Source: Candidatus Scatonaster coprocaballi
GTDB taxonomy: Bacteria; Bacillota; Clostridia; Saccharofermentanales; Saccharofermentanaceae
DNA: 64,000 nt
Direction of reading: 5' to 3'
Assembly (NCBI GenBank): GCA_018064475.1
Contig: JAGHVD010000013.1
Span: 9,206-73,205 of the forward strand
The notes under the pieces: generated by a model
Told to the model about the DNA's origin: nothing
The model's input: only the letters and a program-made list of their open reading frames with translations
Database searches by the model: none
Part shown: piece by piece, positions 20,676 to 31,406 of the stretch
How positions within the stretch are numbered: position 1 is the stretch's first letter
Layout: the number at the start of each line of letters is the position of its first letter
Translations under genes and position numbers: made by a program

Positions 20676-21768
20676 TTAAGAAACGTTTCCGGCCTTGCCA
20701 GGCTCAGCGGACACATCTTGGGTGGTGCGGATCCAGTAATTCTCGTTATAGATGTTATCCAGCTCGCTGAAATAAGTCTGCTCGTAGACACCACCATCGG
20801 CTAGAATCGTACGACGAGAAGGCTCGTTGTCTGTGTGACAGACGACGAGGACTTTCGAGTGTCCGAGGAGCTTGGAGTAAGGAAGCGCCATGGCCAGGAT
20901 CCTCTTGCCGTATCCGCGACGACGTTCAGAAGGACGCACGGAGTAAGAGATATGTCCACCATGCTTGGACATGTAGTCGTTCAATTCGTGTTTGACTTCA
21001 ATCATGCCGACAGGGATACCATCGGACATACGGAAAGCGACGAAAGCTGTTGTCGGCATATAGTAGGATGGCGCAGTCTTACGAGAACGGAGCGACTCTA
21101 CAAACGGAAACCACTCCGCGATATCGTCGAAAGAATGCAATAGGGCAGAACCAATAATGTTCTCCTCTCCCCAAGAGATGTACTCATCGCGGAAGTCTTC
21201 CATCTCTTCTGCAAAGTCCAGAGAGGGGGCTGTGAGGATGATGGCATCGTCGGGTACATAGGCAATACAGGTCATCGGGTCCGAGAAGTCGAATTCGTAG
21301 ACTTCATAAGGCGCATTCGGCATGTGACCCACAACAAAGAGCGTGTTGCGCTCCGGCTGGTATTCGGCGCCGCACCATATGAAGTCAGTCTGTGTCTCGA
21401 AAGCTTCGTCCGAATAATAGCGGTGTTCGTTCAACGTGTTCAGGTTAAATATAGAGAATCCGAAGCGGTCCCGACGGAACACATAATAGAGGTTGCCGTC
21501 GCGATGCTGAATCATCTCACTCAATGGATGATCACAGTCCAGACAGTCGTAACTCAAGAGCAATTTGTGATCCGGTGCAAACAAAGAGAAATGTCCGGCC
21601 AGACGTTCTTCACCGTCCAATTCACCCTCATAGAAGTCACAAAGAAGAGAATAGCCATTAGGAAAATAACCCTCCTCCTTGGAACGATGGTTCTCAGCAC
21701 GGAAGAGGATCTCAGACTGCTTCTTATATTGTTCCGCATATTCGAATGAAAATGCGACGTTTCTCATA
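20676..21768 (-). CDS. hypothetical protein with a C-terminal GNAT N-acetyltransferase domain
   Basis: C-terminal ...RRRGYGKRILAMAL... is the acetyl-CoA binding motif A of GNATs. Start chosen at MRNVAF behind AAAGG. The longer ORF to 21911 lacks an RBS and would overlap the divergent gene. Confidence 0.55.
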
Positions 21769-21893
21769 CTAATACCTTTTTTGCCCCGACACGACTGCTT
21801 TTTTAAAACAAAACAAGTGTAGCATAATGAGAGATAATTGACAATCTGAAGAAGCGATTTTATATTATATAGTGAAATAGGAGGGCTATACTC

Positions 21894-24800
21894 ATGGAAA
21901 TAGCGTTTCACTGCCCCAATTGCTCGGCAGATCTAATATACGATGAGTCTAAGAAATATACATGTTGCTTCTGTCATACGGTGCTTACGCCGAAAGACGA
22001 GGTACTTGAACTTGAGGGTGGATATTACGTCGGTGATGCATGGAATGCAAGTTTGTACCATGGTTATCGTTGTGAGAATTGTAGTAGTGAATTCATTGCA
22101 AAAGAGTCGAATCATGTTGACTGCCCGATCTGTGCAAGCAGTTCGGTGAAGGATCTCGGCGCAGAAATCGGTGCAATGCCGAGAAGAGCCATTCCATTTA
22201 CACAGACCAAGGCCCAGGCCGAAGAAGTGTTCCTGGATTATATCCGTAACAATTCTGTTGTGGGTAAGATCATGGCGACGGAAGAGAATGCGTCGTTGCT
22301 TCGCCAAGTATATGTTCCAATGTGGGTCTTTAATTACGAAGTGATTGCGAATGTTCGTCTGAATGCGAACATTCGAAACAAAGCCAATGAGTCGACAACG
22401 ATTATGGGTTTCAATGTCCCAGGACAGATTATGGAGAGATTATCTCCAATCCGCTCTTCAATTTCGCGTTTCCAGCAGAATCGCAAAGGCGGCAAGGATA
22501 TGAGCGATATGCCTACCGAATATACAACTGGCGGTGTGCTTTCTTGGCAGGGGATTCCTTTCGATGCATCCGGAGTGCTGCCACCAACTGTGATGACGGC
22601 TTTGCAACCATATGACCATGCGAAGTTGGCAAAACTCAATGAACGTATTCTAGGCAATGCACCGATCCTTGCACTGACAAAGGATCCAATTGCCTCGATG
22701 GAAGAATTTATGGAGCGCATCAAGAAGTGGACACGTCAGATGATCATGGATGCCCATGCGGCTTCCTATGAGATTGTTCATTTCTCCGATAAGACAGATT
22801 ATCCGCTGGGTATCGGTGAACTGGTGCTTTTCCCAATTTGGTTCATGAAGTCTGAATACGAAGGTAGAGAATTCTTCTTTGCCATGAATGGTCAGAACGG
22901 CGAGGTAGAAGCCAAGATTCCAATGGCCAAGATGTCGAAGAAGTCCAATACGATCTCTTACCAGCAGTACTGGGACAAGGAACGCTGTGCAGCACTTCAA
23001 GATACACACTTTGAGTTCAACATACATGATCCGAATATTGAAATCCTGGATTACTCGTTCTTCGAGAAGCCGAAGAATTCTCGCGTGACGGCAGATGGCA
23101 GCAATGTGACGCCTAAAGGTGCAAGCCTTGATGATGTTCTGCCTGAAGAACCGGTAGAAGAGAAACCCAAGACCCCGGCGAAGACAGGACTTGAGGTGGA
23201 GAACCTAAGAACAGATAAGAAACTGACGAAGGAAGAAGAAGCCAAGCGTGCACGTGAAGTAACGGCCCGTCTGCGTGTTGCAGCCAAGGAGACACCGAAG
23301 GGTGATATGTCTGCAGCGGCAGAAGCGCCAAGTTGGGCGAAGGCGGTTACACCACCACCGGCTATGTCAAGTTCCAACCGTCCGGCTGCCAGAACATTGA
23401 AGCCGGCTGCAGAGCGTCCTGTCAGCAAAATCGCTGCTGCCAATAAGCCGATCTGGGAGAGAACGGAAGAAGAGGAAGAAGTGCTCAATAGTAAGCCGTT
23501 GACGTTGGCGGATCGCATTGCACAGACGAAGAATGTTGAGCCATCGTTCCCAGTAGAAGAGGCCCCTCAGCAAGAGATGGCAAGCCGTGGCATTGTTGCG
23601 GAAGTTGCGGCAATGAGGGAAGATAGAACTTCTGCGGAAGAGTATGAGGTACAGGCGAATACAATTGATTCTTCTGAAGACATCTACGAAGTACCGATGA
23701 CTACGGATCGCTTTGATGAGGAAGCTTATCAGGAGATCCCAATGCCAAAGGCTTATGTGGAGCAACCGGAAGAGAAGGAAGACGAATCCATTGTTGAGCC
23801 TCAAGAAGTGCCGGTCGATCAGACTTCAGAGAATGAGGATGAGGAGCTTATCTCAAATATTACATTCTCCTTCCCGAAGAAGAAGAAGTCTATGTATAGT
23901 GGAGAGCCGACCATGTCTGGTTCATCGATTCCGCGTCGCAACGAAGCAGAACCGGAAAAACCAAAGGGAATGGCAATCATGAATTCTGAGTACGAGTCCG
24001 GAATTCTGCCTAGCGGTTCACTTCACCGTGAAGAAGACGACGAAGTACGTGAAATCACGCCGAAGTTGAACGCGACAGAGAACTATATCGGTACAGATAA
24101 GAATGACCGCCCGCTTGCATCTCGCCCTGTAGCACCGCTTGCAAAACAGCGTGGCGATGTCTATGTAGAAGAAGTAGAAGTACATCCTGAGTTGGATGAG
24201 AACAATCGTCCGCTGGCCAAGAGACCGCCGGCCCCGTTGGCAAGAGTGACGGATGTAGAGCCAAGCTTGGAGTATTTGGCGGAACAGCCGCTGGATGATG
24301 ATATTCACCAGATGCCTTCCATTGAGAAACAGAAGTCCAGATGGGGTGACATGCCGCAGGCCGCTGAGACGCCAGCATGGGCCAAGCCACAGCAACCACA
24401 GCGCGCTACTCGTGATGATCGAGGGACTGCTTCCCGTGATGAGCGAATGACAGCTAGAATGGCTTCTCCGCGTGAGCGAGTCAGAAGACCTTCTCGTGAA
24501 GAACTGATGGCACAAGATCGTGCGCGTACAGAAAGTGCTGCGGCCCGTATGGGTGTGGATCTTCCTGAGAAAAAGCCACTAACAAGACCGGGTACAACTG
24601 CCCAGAATATGGGTCGCCCCGGTTCAAATCTGGATAAAGATGAGACCATGCGTGCTTCTCGCCCGGCATATATGGCTGCAGTAGAACAGCCGAAGGCAGT
24701 CGAGGAGTCACCGGAGGAAGAGGAAGTACGTCCGATTTCTTCCGCATTCCGTCCGGCAAATCGCCCCGCGTCAAACGCTTCCGAGGAGAGTCGCCCTGTA

Positions 24801-25808
24801 GCAGGCCGTCCGGGATCTGCTCGCCCTTCCGTTGCCAAAGAACCTCAGCAGAAGAGAGTACCGATTTGGGAACGTATGCCTGAGAATGATGGCTCAAGAC
24901 CACAGTGGGCAGCTACAACTGCTTATGAAGATGAACGCCCGAGAGGCTCGTTGTCTAAGCCGGCAGGACAGGTAATCGATGTAGAGAAGCCCAGAACCAG
25001 ACCTTCTGTGTGGAGACCGGATCCGGATGCTTCCGTCAAGGAAGTGCTACCGGGAAGCTTCAGTAGTGATGAAGGAGAAGTCCGTGAGGTTCCGCTACGC
25101 AGAGAAAGTGAAGAACCAAGAGAAGTGCCAGTGCGCCGTTCTTTTGTTGAACGTCAGGCCGTAGCGGAGAAGTCTTCTTCCAACGAAGAAGTAGAGGAGA
25201 TCATCCCACAGGTGAAGAAGCCGACGCGCCCTACTTCCGGTATTGAGGTAGAGATACCAAGCATTCCGAAGAAACAGCCACAGGTGATTCCTGTTGAAGA
25301 AGATGACGAGCTGGAGAAAAAACAGGAGTCTGTACTGGTGGAGCGAGTGGAGGCACCGGTTGAACAGCCAGTAGCACCAGTCGAGACCCCAGTCGTGCCG
25401 GAGAATCCAGTGAATGAACGCCCGCGTACTTTTGCCCAGCGTCGTCAGATGGAAGAAGAAGAGAGAAGACGTCAGATTCAGAGTTCTTTCGGAACAACGA
25501 ATACTCGTCCGGGTGCAAGCGCGCGCGCCGCAGCTTTCCAGCAGGAAGAGGAACAGCCGATCAACCGTACATTCGAGTCGACACAGTTTGAGAACAAACC
25601 TTCCGTAGTGGCTTCTTTGGATCAGTTACCACAGCCACTGGACGATGACAGCATTCATCATCTGGCGAAAGACGATAGCGTGCCGGCGCTCGCACGAGAG
25701 GTTGACCGTGTTCGCGATGGCGTGAAAGAAAGCGAGAAGAACGCACAGAGAGCGATTCGTGATCTTCCAGATTACGATCCAGACGGACCGAGTCCTTTCC
25801 GGAGATAA
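21894..25808 (+). CDS. uncharacterised zinc-ribbon family protein, paralog P1 (1304 aa): N-terminal CxxC zinc ribbons plus conserved core, then a ~900-aa E/P/R/A-rich low-complexity region and the C-terminal DLPDYDPDGPSPFRR tail
   Basis: CPNCSADL...CCFCHTV and CENCSS...CPICAS ribbons. Conserved blocks AIPFTQTKAQAEEVF, QVYVPMWVFNY and LFPIWFMKSEYEGREFFFAMNGQNGEV are shared with P2, P3 and P4. RBS AGGAGGG upstream. Confidence 0.7.
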   Translation: MEIAFHCPNCSADLIYDESKKYTCCFCHTVLTPKDEVLELEGGYYVGDAWNASLYHGYRCENCSSEFIAKESNHVDCPICASSSVKDLGAEIGAMPRRAIPFTQTKAQAEEVFLDYIRNNSVVGKIMATEENASLLRQVYVPMWVFNYEVIANVRLNANIRNKANESTTIMGFNVPGQIMERLSPIRSSISRFQQNRKGGKDMSDMPTEYTTGGVLSWQGIPFDASGVLPPTVMTALQPYDHAKLAKLNERILGNAPILALTKDPIASMEEFMERIKKWTRQMIMDAHAASYEIVHFSDKTDYPLGIGELVLFPIWFMKSEYEGREFFFAMNGQNGEVEAKIPMAKMSKKSNTISYQQYWDKERCAALQDTHFEFNIHDPNIEILDYSFFEKPKNSRVTADGSNVTPKGASLDDVLPEEPVEEKPKTPAKTGLEVENLRTDKKLTKEEEAKRAREVTARLRVAAKETPKGDMSAAAEAPSWAKAVTPPPAMSSSNRPAARTLKPAAERPVSKIAAANKPIWERTEEEEEVLNSKPLTLADRIAQTKNVEPSFPVEEAPQQEMASRGIVAEVAAMREDRTSAEEYEVQANTIDSSEDIYEVPMTTDRFDEEAYQEIPMPKAYVEQPEEKEDESIVEPQEVPVDQTSENEDEELISNITFSFPKKKKSMYSGEPTMSGSSIPRRNEAEPEKPKGMAIMNSEYESGILPSGSLHREEDDEVREITPKLNATENYIGTDKNDRPLASRPVAPLAKQRGDVYVEEVEVHPELDENNRPLAKRPPAPLARVTDVEPSLEYLAEQPLDDDIHQMPSIEKQKSRWGDMPQAAETPAWAKPQQPQRATRDDRGTASRDERMTARMASPRERVRRPSREELMAQDRARTESAAARMGVDLPEKKPLTRPGTTAQNMGRPGSNLDKDETMRASRPAYMAAVEQPKAVEESPEEEEVRPISSAFRPANRPASNASEESRPVAGRPGSARPSVAKEPQQKRVPIWERMPENDGSRPQWAATTAYEDERPRGSLSKPAGQVIDVEKPRTRPSVWRPDPDASVKEVLPGSFSSDEGEVREVPLRRESEEPREVPVRRSFVERQAVAEKSSSNEEVEEIIPQVKKPTRPTSGIEVEIPSIPKKQPQVIPVEEDDELEKKQESVLVERVEAPVEQPVAPVETPVVPENPVNERPRTFAQRRQMEEEERRRQIQSSFGTTNTRPGASARAAAFQQEEEQPINRTFESTQFENKPSVVASLDQLPQPLDDDSIHHLAKDDSVPALAREVDRVRDGVKESEKNAQRAIRDLPDYDPDGPSPFRR

Positions 25809-25821
25809 AGATCAATAAAGT

Positions 25822-27399
25822 ATGGAACACGCATGTTTTTGTCCCAGTTGCAGAGCAGAAATTATCCTCAATCAAGAGGAGATTTCTGCTTGCTGCTTTT
25901 GCGGAAAGAATCTAGAGGAATATACGAATCTTGAAAGTCAGCAAATTCTGGGAAGTTTCTTCGTACGAGAGGTGAACGGTTCAGAAAGGGAAACTGCGAT
26001 ATGCAGAAGCTGTCAGCGGACGATGATACTTCCGTCCACAGGAGGCTTACGCCCCAAAGTTTGCTTGTATTGTGGTGCACCAGATCTCTCATTTTCTTCA
26101 CAGCAAGTAACCTTACCGAATGAAGAGATCATGATTCCGTTTTCTGTTTCTAGAGAAGAAGCGGTTAAGACTTTTCAATCTGCGGTTCGTCATGACAGAA
26201 AGATTCTGGGCGGGTATACTTCTAAAACTAATCTTGAATCGATCACCCCAGTATACGTACCGTGCTTCTTTTTCAATTACCATGTATACGCCTCTGCCAT
26301 TCTGAGCGTCGTTCCGCGTGTGAAGGACGTCCGTGAGAATACAATTGGTAGCCGTATTTTTAGTGCGCTGGTGATGGAAGAGATCAACTTCAATTTGGAG
26401 CGGACTTCCAATGTTGCCCAGCCATATGACAAGAATACAGGTGGGGAAATGGCGTGGAAAGATATTCCCATTTTGGCAAGTACTGCCATTAGCCGTGAGC
26501 GCTTCTTTCAAATCTCACCGTTTTCCACCAAGAAACTGGGGGGGACGAAGACAGCGGTAGAGAAGCAACTGAGTGAGCAAGCCGTGATCTGTGCGCTGGA
26601 ACGTTCACCGGAAGAAATCACGAAAACCCTTCAGATGCTTGTTCGAGATTTTGTAAAAGAGTGCTTGGTGACGAATAATCTTGATCATTTCAAGATTACT
26701 TCTTTTGTGGATCAGACAGACTATCCGATGCCCGTCGGCCAGATGGTCTATGTACCAGTGTGGTGCGTGAAGATTCGAAAGAAGAACCAGTGTTTCAGCT
26801 GGTATATGAATGCGGTCTCCGCACAATTCTCACAAGCAGGTGTGGAGGAAAAAGACGAATCCATTTCTGTGCAGACATCTGCGCTTGAAGAAATGAGGAA
26901 GAAACGCATTAAGAAATTTTCTGAGGCTGATTTCCAGAAGAACAATCGACCGTTCAACTATCGTACCTATATGGTCGATGAGATGGCCTCAGCCATTTCT
27001 GCCGAGATGAAATTGAACGAGTGCGCCGCAGATAAGTCTCTTCTTCATCTGGAACGTACGACTCGCAGAAACATGAAGGAAATCACGGTGCCGATCGTGT
27101 CCTATGGATATCAGGCCGAAGCAGAAGAAGCGGTTAAGCGCGCGAAGATGGAACCGCTTCCAAGTAGCCCAGTAGAACTTCCTTCTACCCACTCGTATCT
27201 GTATACGATGAAAGAAGAGTCGATGAAGCGTTCTTTGGGACGAGGACAGCGGCTTCCTGAGAAACCGATGGATCGTCGTGTGGGAAATGAACACGAGTTC
27301 GATAACCAGGATAACTCCCATGAGTATATTGCCAAAGAACTCGGACTTGCCGATATCCCAGAGTATGATCCCAATGGACCGAATCCTTTCAAAAAATAG
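25822..27399 (+). CDS. uncharacterised zinc-ribbon family protein, paralog P2 (525 aa), with C-terminal DIPEYDPNGPNPFKK tail
   Basis: CPSCRAE...CCFCGK and CRSCQR...CLYCGA ribbons. Conserved blocks MIPFSVSREEAVKTF, VYVPCFFFNY and YVPVWCVKIRKKNQCFSWYMNAVS. The C-terminal tail motif matches that of P1. Confidence 0.7.
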   Translation: MEHACFCPSCRAEIILNQEEISACCFCGKNLEEYTNLESQQILGSFFVREVNGSERETAICRSCQRTMILPSTGGLRPKVCLYCGAPDLSFSSQQVTLPNEEIMIPFSVSREEAVKTFQSAVRHDRKILGGYTSKTNLESITPVYVPCFFFNYHVYASAILSVVPRVKDVRENTIGSRIFSALVMEEINFNLERTSNVAQPYDKNTGGEMAWKDIPILASTAISRERFFQISPFSTKKLGGTKTAVEKQLSEQAVICALERSPEEITKTLQMLVRDFVKECLVTNNLDHFKITSFVDQTDYPMPVGQMVYVPVWCVKIRKKNQCFSWYMNAVSAQFSQAGVEEKDESISVQTSALEEMRKKRIKKFSEADFQKNNRPFNYRTYMVDEMASAISAEMKLNECAADKSLLHLERTTRRNMKEITVPIVSYGYQAEAEEAVKRAKMEPLPSSPVELPSTHSYLYTMKEESMKRSLGRGQRLPEKPMDRRVGNEHEFDNQDNSHEYIAKELGLADIPEYDPNGPNPFKK

Positions 27400-27404
27400 A
27401 AGAA

Positions 27405-27436
27405 GAGAGGGTGCCTCAAATGATGAGACACCCTCT
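27405..27436 (+). terminator. hairpin downstream of P2, possible terminator
   Basis: agagggtgcctcaaatgatgagacaccctct perfect stem. There is no clear T-run after it. Confidence 0.35.
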
Positions 27437-27505
27437 TCTAATACTCGAGGTCAGATTCCTTCACCACAATGATCCATGCGAATCAAAGAGGATAAGAAAC
27501 ACGCA

Positions 27506-28195
27506 TTAGAGTAGTCCTTCTGGATTTGGGAAGTCGGCTTCGTCCATGAAATCCAAGAACTCATCGTAAACATCGCTGCCGCAACTTCCTGTATAGAACA
27601 CGTAGTACACCAAGGTGCCACTTACCTTGAGATAGACGATATCGCAACCATTGCCCTCGTCAGAGCGCTGGATCGCCAAGTACTCATCCTCTGCGTCATC
27701 GTCAACGGCCCATTCGTGGTCGGTAAAAGCGGCGTCAAGTTGCTCCATGCGTTCTTCCGAAAACAGATTATCTTGGCATTCCTCAAGATAACCGTCATAG
27801 TAATCCTGGGCGAGGTCTTTGTTCTCTAAATCAAAAACGGCAGCCATAATACCATGATTATCCTCGATTTTGTAGAAGAGTGTGACGCCCTCCAAATCGC
27901 CTGCTTCTGCACACTGAAGAGTCAATTCGTATCCTTCGGCTTCACTAGAAGAAAAGACACAATATACACCGTCTTCAAATCCATCCGCATCGATATCTCC
28001 TTGGCGAAATGCTTTGCGCTGCTTACTGTTGGCTTTCTCTGCGCCACAGGCTTCTTTGGCAGCGTTGGTAAATTTCTTGGAAGCCTTACTATACTTGCTT
28101 CCCCCAATGCTGAAAGAGAAGGAACATCCTGTAGCACCGACGATCATCGTAGCGACCATGCCCAGTGCGAGAAGTTTAGTCTTGATATTTTTCAT
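27506..28195 (-). CDS. hypothetical lipoprotein
   Basis: Start chosen at MKNIK behind GGAGGA. Lipobox IVGATGC. Acidic extracellular domain. Confidence 0.55.
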   Translation of the reverse strand: MKNIKTKLLALGMVATMIVGATGCSFSFSIGGSKYSKASKKFTNAAKEACGAEKANSKQRKAFRQGDIDADGFEDGVYCVFSSSEAEGYELTLQCAEAGDLEGVTLFYKIEDNHGIMAAVFDLENKDLAQDYYDGYLEECQDNLFSEERMEQLDAAFTDHEWAVDDDAEDEYLAIQRSDEGNGCDIVYLKVSGTLVYYVFYTGSCGSDVYDEFLDFMDEADFPNPEGLL

Positions 28196-28396
28196 CTTGT
28201 TTTCCTCCAAATAAATGATGTGTTTTTCCTGTTGCCTATTTCGTCAACAATAAGTAGACGAACGTGAGAACCAATCTGTTGCATAGTGAATTCTCTGTGA
28301 AATGAGCCGTCTTCTTAGTAATCGTAGATAAGAAGAGCTGTCTCGTGTATGCACGACGAGACAGTTCTTCTTCCTTTATAGTGAGTGAGGAACTCA

Positions 28397-29761
28397 TTAT
28401 TCTTTCCAGATGATTTCGCCGTTCGAGGCAATGACATCGCGGTACCAATAACCGGAATCCTTGATGGTACGAACCTGGGTCTGGTAGTTCACGTGAACAA
28501 GACCGAATCTCGCACTGTAACCAATGCCCCATTCGAAGTTGTCCATGAATGACCAATAGATATAGCCGACCAGCGGAATATTCTCTTTTGAAGCTCGGTA
28601 GTAACCACGCAGATATCGCGTGGTGTAGTCAATTCTCTGCGGGTCGTGCACCTTGCCGTCCAGGAATACATAGTCGGTGTTGGCACAGCCGTTCTCTGTA
28701 ATGAGGACCGGAAGTTGATATCTCTCGTAGAAGAATCTTGCAGACCAATAGAGCGCATCCGGCGTGATCGGCCAGTTGATGGCAGTGATCGGCTCTCCGA
28801 CTAGACCATTCTTGGCATCGGTTGCGGCGATATCTGTCTCGTCACGCGACGCATTATAGATGTTGCATCCATAGAAATCCAAGGGGGAACGGATAATCGA
28901 CCATTCCTCTTCGGTGAAATCCGGTATGAGATCTCCGAAGAATTCCTTCGCACCATCCGGGAACTTACCGAGACAAATTGGATCGGCCCACCATGAATTC
29001 GAGAAGAGATACCCATCCGGATTGAATGCGAAAGACTTCTTTCTTGCTTCCTCGATGGCCTCAGCGGATTCGTTGTCCGGGATAAACGTTGGACCTGTGG
29101 GGGCAAACCCGATCTTCGAAGACTGCTTGGCATACTCACGAATCGTGCGTACAGCATGACCATGCGCTAGGAATACATGCTTCGACATGAGAATAACATC
29201 ACGATCACATAACTTGAGAAATGGAGCATGCACACCTGTGTAGCATCCAAGACCGATAAAAATCTGTGGTTCATTGATGGTGATCCAGTACTTCACGCGA
29301 TCAGAAAGTGCGTCAACGATGATCTTCGTATAACGTTCAAACCATGTTACGATATCTGGATTCAACCATCCACCGCGATCATGGATCGCCTGTGGAAGAT
29401 CCCAATGGTACAAAGTAATCATCGGCTCGACACCGTTGGCCAGAAGTTCGTCTACCAGATCAGAATAGAAAGCCAGTCCCTTCGGATTCACTTCGCCGAA
29501 ACCATCCGGAATCACGCGTGACCAACTGATGGAGAAGCGGTAAGCTTTCACACCAAGTTCTTTGAGAAGCGCAACGTCTTCCTTCATGTGATGATAATGA
29601 TCACAGGCAATATCACCTGTATCATGCTGTTTCACCGGTGACTGCCGGGAGTGGGTATATGTGTCCCAGATGGATGGGCCTTTGCCATCTTCATTCCAGG
29701 CTCCTTCGACCTGATACGAAGCACCGGCCACACCCCAAATGAAATCTTTGGAAAAAGCCAT
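28397..29761 (-). CDS. bglA: GH1 beta-glucosidase / 6-phospho-beta-glucosidase
   Basis: N-terminus FIWGVAGASYQVEGAW. Catalytic ITENG motif (LITENGCA). Length 454 aa. RBS AGGAGGA. Confidence 0.85.
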   Translation of the reverse strand: MAFSKDFIWGVAGASYQVEGAWNEDGKGPSIWDTYTHSRQSPVKQHDTGDIACDHYHHMKEDVALLKELGVKAYRFSISWSRVIPDGFGEVNPKGLAFYSDLVDELLANGVEPMITLYHWDLPQAIHDRGGWLNPDIVTWFERYTKIIVDALSDRVKYWITINEPQIFIGLGCYTGVHAPFLKLCDRDVILMSKHVFLAHGHAVRTIREYAKQSSKIGFAPTGPTFIPDNESAEAIEEARKKSFAFNPDGYLFSNSWWADPICLGKFPDGAKEFFGDLIPDFTEEEWSIIRSPLDFYGCNIYNASRDETDIAATDAKNGLVGEPITAINWPITPDALYWSARFFYERYQLPVLITENGCANTDYVFLDGKVHDPQRIDYTTRYLRGYYRASKENIPLVGYIYWSFMDNFEWGIGYSARFGLVHVNYQTQVRTIKDSGYWYRDVIASNGEIIWKE

Positions 29762-29951
29762 ACTGCTGTCCTCCTATAGGGTTAAGAAGTAGGGATCATG
29801 TATTTAAATCACCATTTTGAGTATAACAAAACGATGCGGAAAAATATAACAGTTTTCATGCTCAAAATAGCATTTTCATGCTTTAAAATATCTGCTTTTC
29901 GGGGCAAATTCGAGCAAACCGACTTGCGCGAAGAAACTTTCGCAATTTTGA

Positions 29952-29960
29952 TATTTGATA
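29952..29960 (+). promoter_or_regulatory. candidate extended -10 promoter element (TGgTATAAT) for the GT4 gene
   Basis: tggtataat lies 28 nt upstream of the ATG. No convincing -35 at 17-bp spacing. Confidence 0.3.
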
Positions 29961-29987
29961 TGGTATAATCGGCAAGGGGGGGAGAGG

Positions 29988-31406
29988 AGAAAATATATGA
30001 ATATTGCGATTATCACTGACACATATTTTCCGGATATCAATGGCGTGACATCTTCTATTTACACGCTGGCGATTGCACTTCGTAAGAAGGGTCATCGTGT
30101 ATATGTCTTTGCTGCCTCAGAGAACAATTCTCCGATTATCCGACGTGTGAGTAAACATCCGCCAGTATTTCGTATCCCAAGTATCCCGATGGTACTGGTT
30201 CGTCCATATCGCACGACCATGCCGGTTTCTTTCCGAACGGCTCGAATCCTGAAAAGATTAAAGATCGATATCATCCACACGCAGACGGAATTCTCCATGG
30301 GCTTCGTAGGCTTGTCCGCCGGCGTGGCTTGCCACCTTCCTGTTGTACACACCTACCATACAATGCTGGAAGATTATACGCACTATATACTAAATGGTAA
30401 GGTGACCGGCATTATTACTCCGGAATTGGCACAGAAATTTAGCAAAGTCTTCTGTAATAAGCCTACCGGACTCATCGTGCCGACTGAGAAGGTGAAGAAC
30501 AGCCTTCAGGAATACGGCGTGAAGAAGCCGATCTATGTGATCCCGACAGGCATTAATCTTGAACCGTTCCGTAAAGAGAATTTCGATCCAGATGAGATCG
30601 CTGCACTGCGCGAGAAATTCGGCATTCGTCCGGACGATAAGATCCTGTTAAGCTTAGGACGTGTTGCGAAAGAGAAGAGCATCAATCGAATCATTGAACA
30701 GATGCCGCTGATCGTGAAGAAGATGCCGGAAGTCAGACTTCTGATTGTCGGAGACGGCCCGGCACTTCCTGAATTGAGAGAACTTGCAGAACGACGAAAA
30801 GTTACGGATAACGTGATTTTTGCCGGTGCGGCGCCCTATTCGGAGATCGGTAAATACTATCAACTGGGTGATGTGTTCATCTCTTGCTCGACTTCCGAGA
30901 CACAGGGATTGACCTACTATGAAGCGATGGCAGCCGGACTTCCGGTCATCGCGAAGAAAGATGATGCAGTCAGCGCATTGTTCGAAGATGGCGTGAACGC
31001 AAGACTCTTCCCGAAAGAAGATGAGATCCCGAACATCGTGGAGGAGATCCTCTCCGATCCGGTCGTGGCAGCTCGATACTCTCAAAATGCAGCAAACACG
31101 GTTACCACATACTCTGCGGAGACTTTTGCCAATCGAGTAGAAGAAGCATATCAGAATGCCATCGCACGTTATGTGCGGCAGAAGGCAGTGAAGCGTTCAC
31201 AACTCGGCAAATTGCATCTCTCGAAGAAGTATAAGAACACGAAGCTTCGCCCACCGGAGGAGGATAAGCACTTCCTCAAGGAAGAAGCAGAGAATAAACA
31301 CGGCGCACTAAACAGTGTCAAACACGCGGTAGCGAGTAACGCGCGCAAAGCCTACAAAGCGGCGAATCGCTATGCGCATCTTATTCGTCTTGGGAAGAAG
31401 AATTAA
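29988..31406 (+). CDS. GT4-family glycosyltransferase (glycolipid/diacylglycerol glycosyltransferase-like)
   Basis: MNIAIITDTYFPDINGVTSS N-terminus of GT-B GT4 enzymes. The EX7E region is FISCSTSETQGLTYYEAMAAGLPVI. Start at ATG 29988 behind GGAGAGGAG. Confidence 0.8.
   Translation, partial: RKYMNIAIITDTYFPDINGVTSSIYTLAIALRKKGHRVYVFAASENNSPIIRRVSKHPPVFRIPSIPMVLVRPYRTTMPVSFRTARILKRLKIDIIHTQTEFSMGFVGLSAGVACHLPVVHTYHTMLEDYTHYILNGKVTGIITPELAQKFSKVFCNKPTGLIVPTEKVKNSLQEYGVKKPIYVIPTGINLEPFRKENFDPDEIAALREKFGIRPDDKILLSLGRVAKEKSINRIIEQMPLIVKKMPEVRLLIVGDGPALPELRELAERRKVTDNVIFAGAAPYSEIGKYYQLGDVFISCSTSETQGLTYYEAMAAGLPVIAKKDDAVSALFEDGVNARLFPKEDEIPNIVEEILSDPVVAARYSQNAANTVTTYSAETFANRVEEAYQNAIARYVRQKAVKRSQLGKLHLSKKYKNTKLRPPEEDKHFLKEEAENKHGALNSVKHAVASNARKAYKAANRYAHLIRLGKKN

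Noticed and set aside
24305-24903. Several 140-180-aa minus-strand ORFs within the low-complexity region of P1
   Set aside because: These are products of the repetitive, GC-skewed low-complexity coding sequence on the opposite strand. No start signals.
25780-27399. Resemblance of the DIPEY/DLPDY...PF[KR][KR] C-terminal tails to the FtsZ C-terminal DIPxFLR peptide
   Set aside because: Only the D-[IL]-P start and a terminal basic pair match. The central residues differ. Too weak to claim. It is kept only as a generic short linear motif in the findings.
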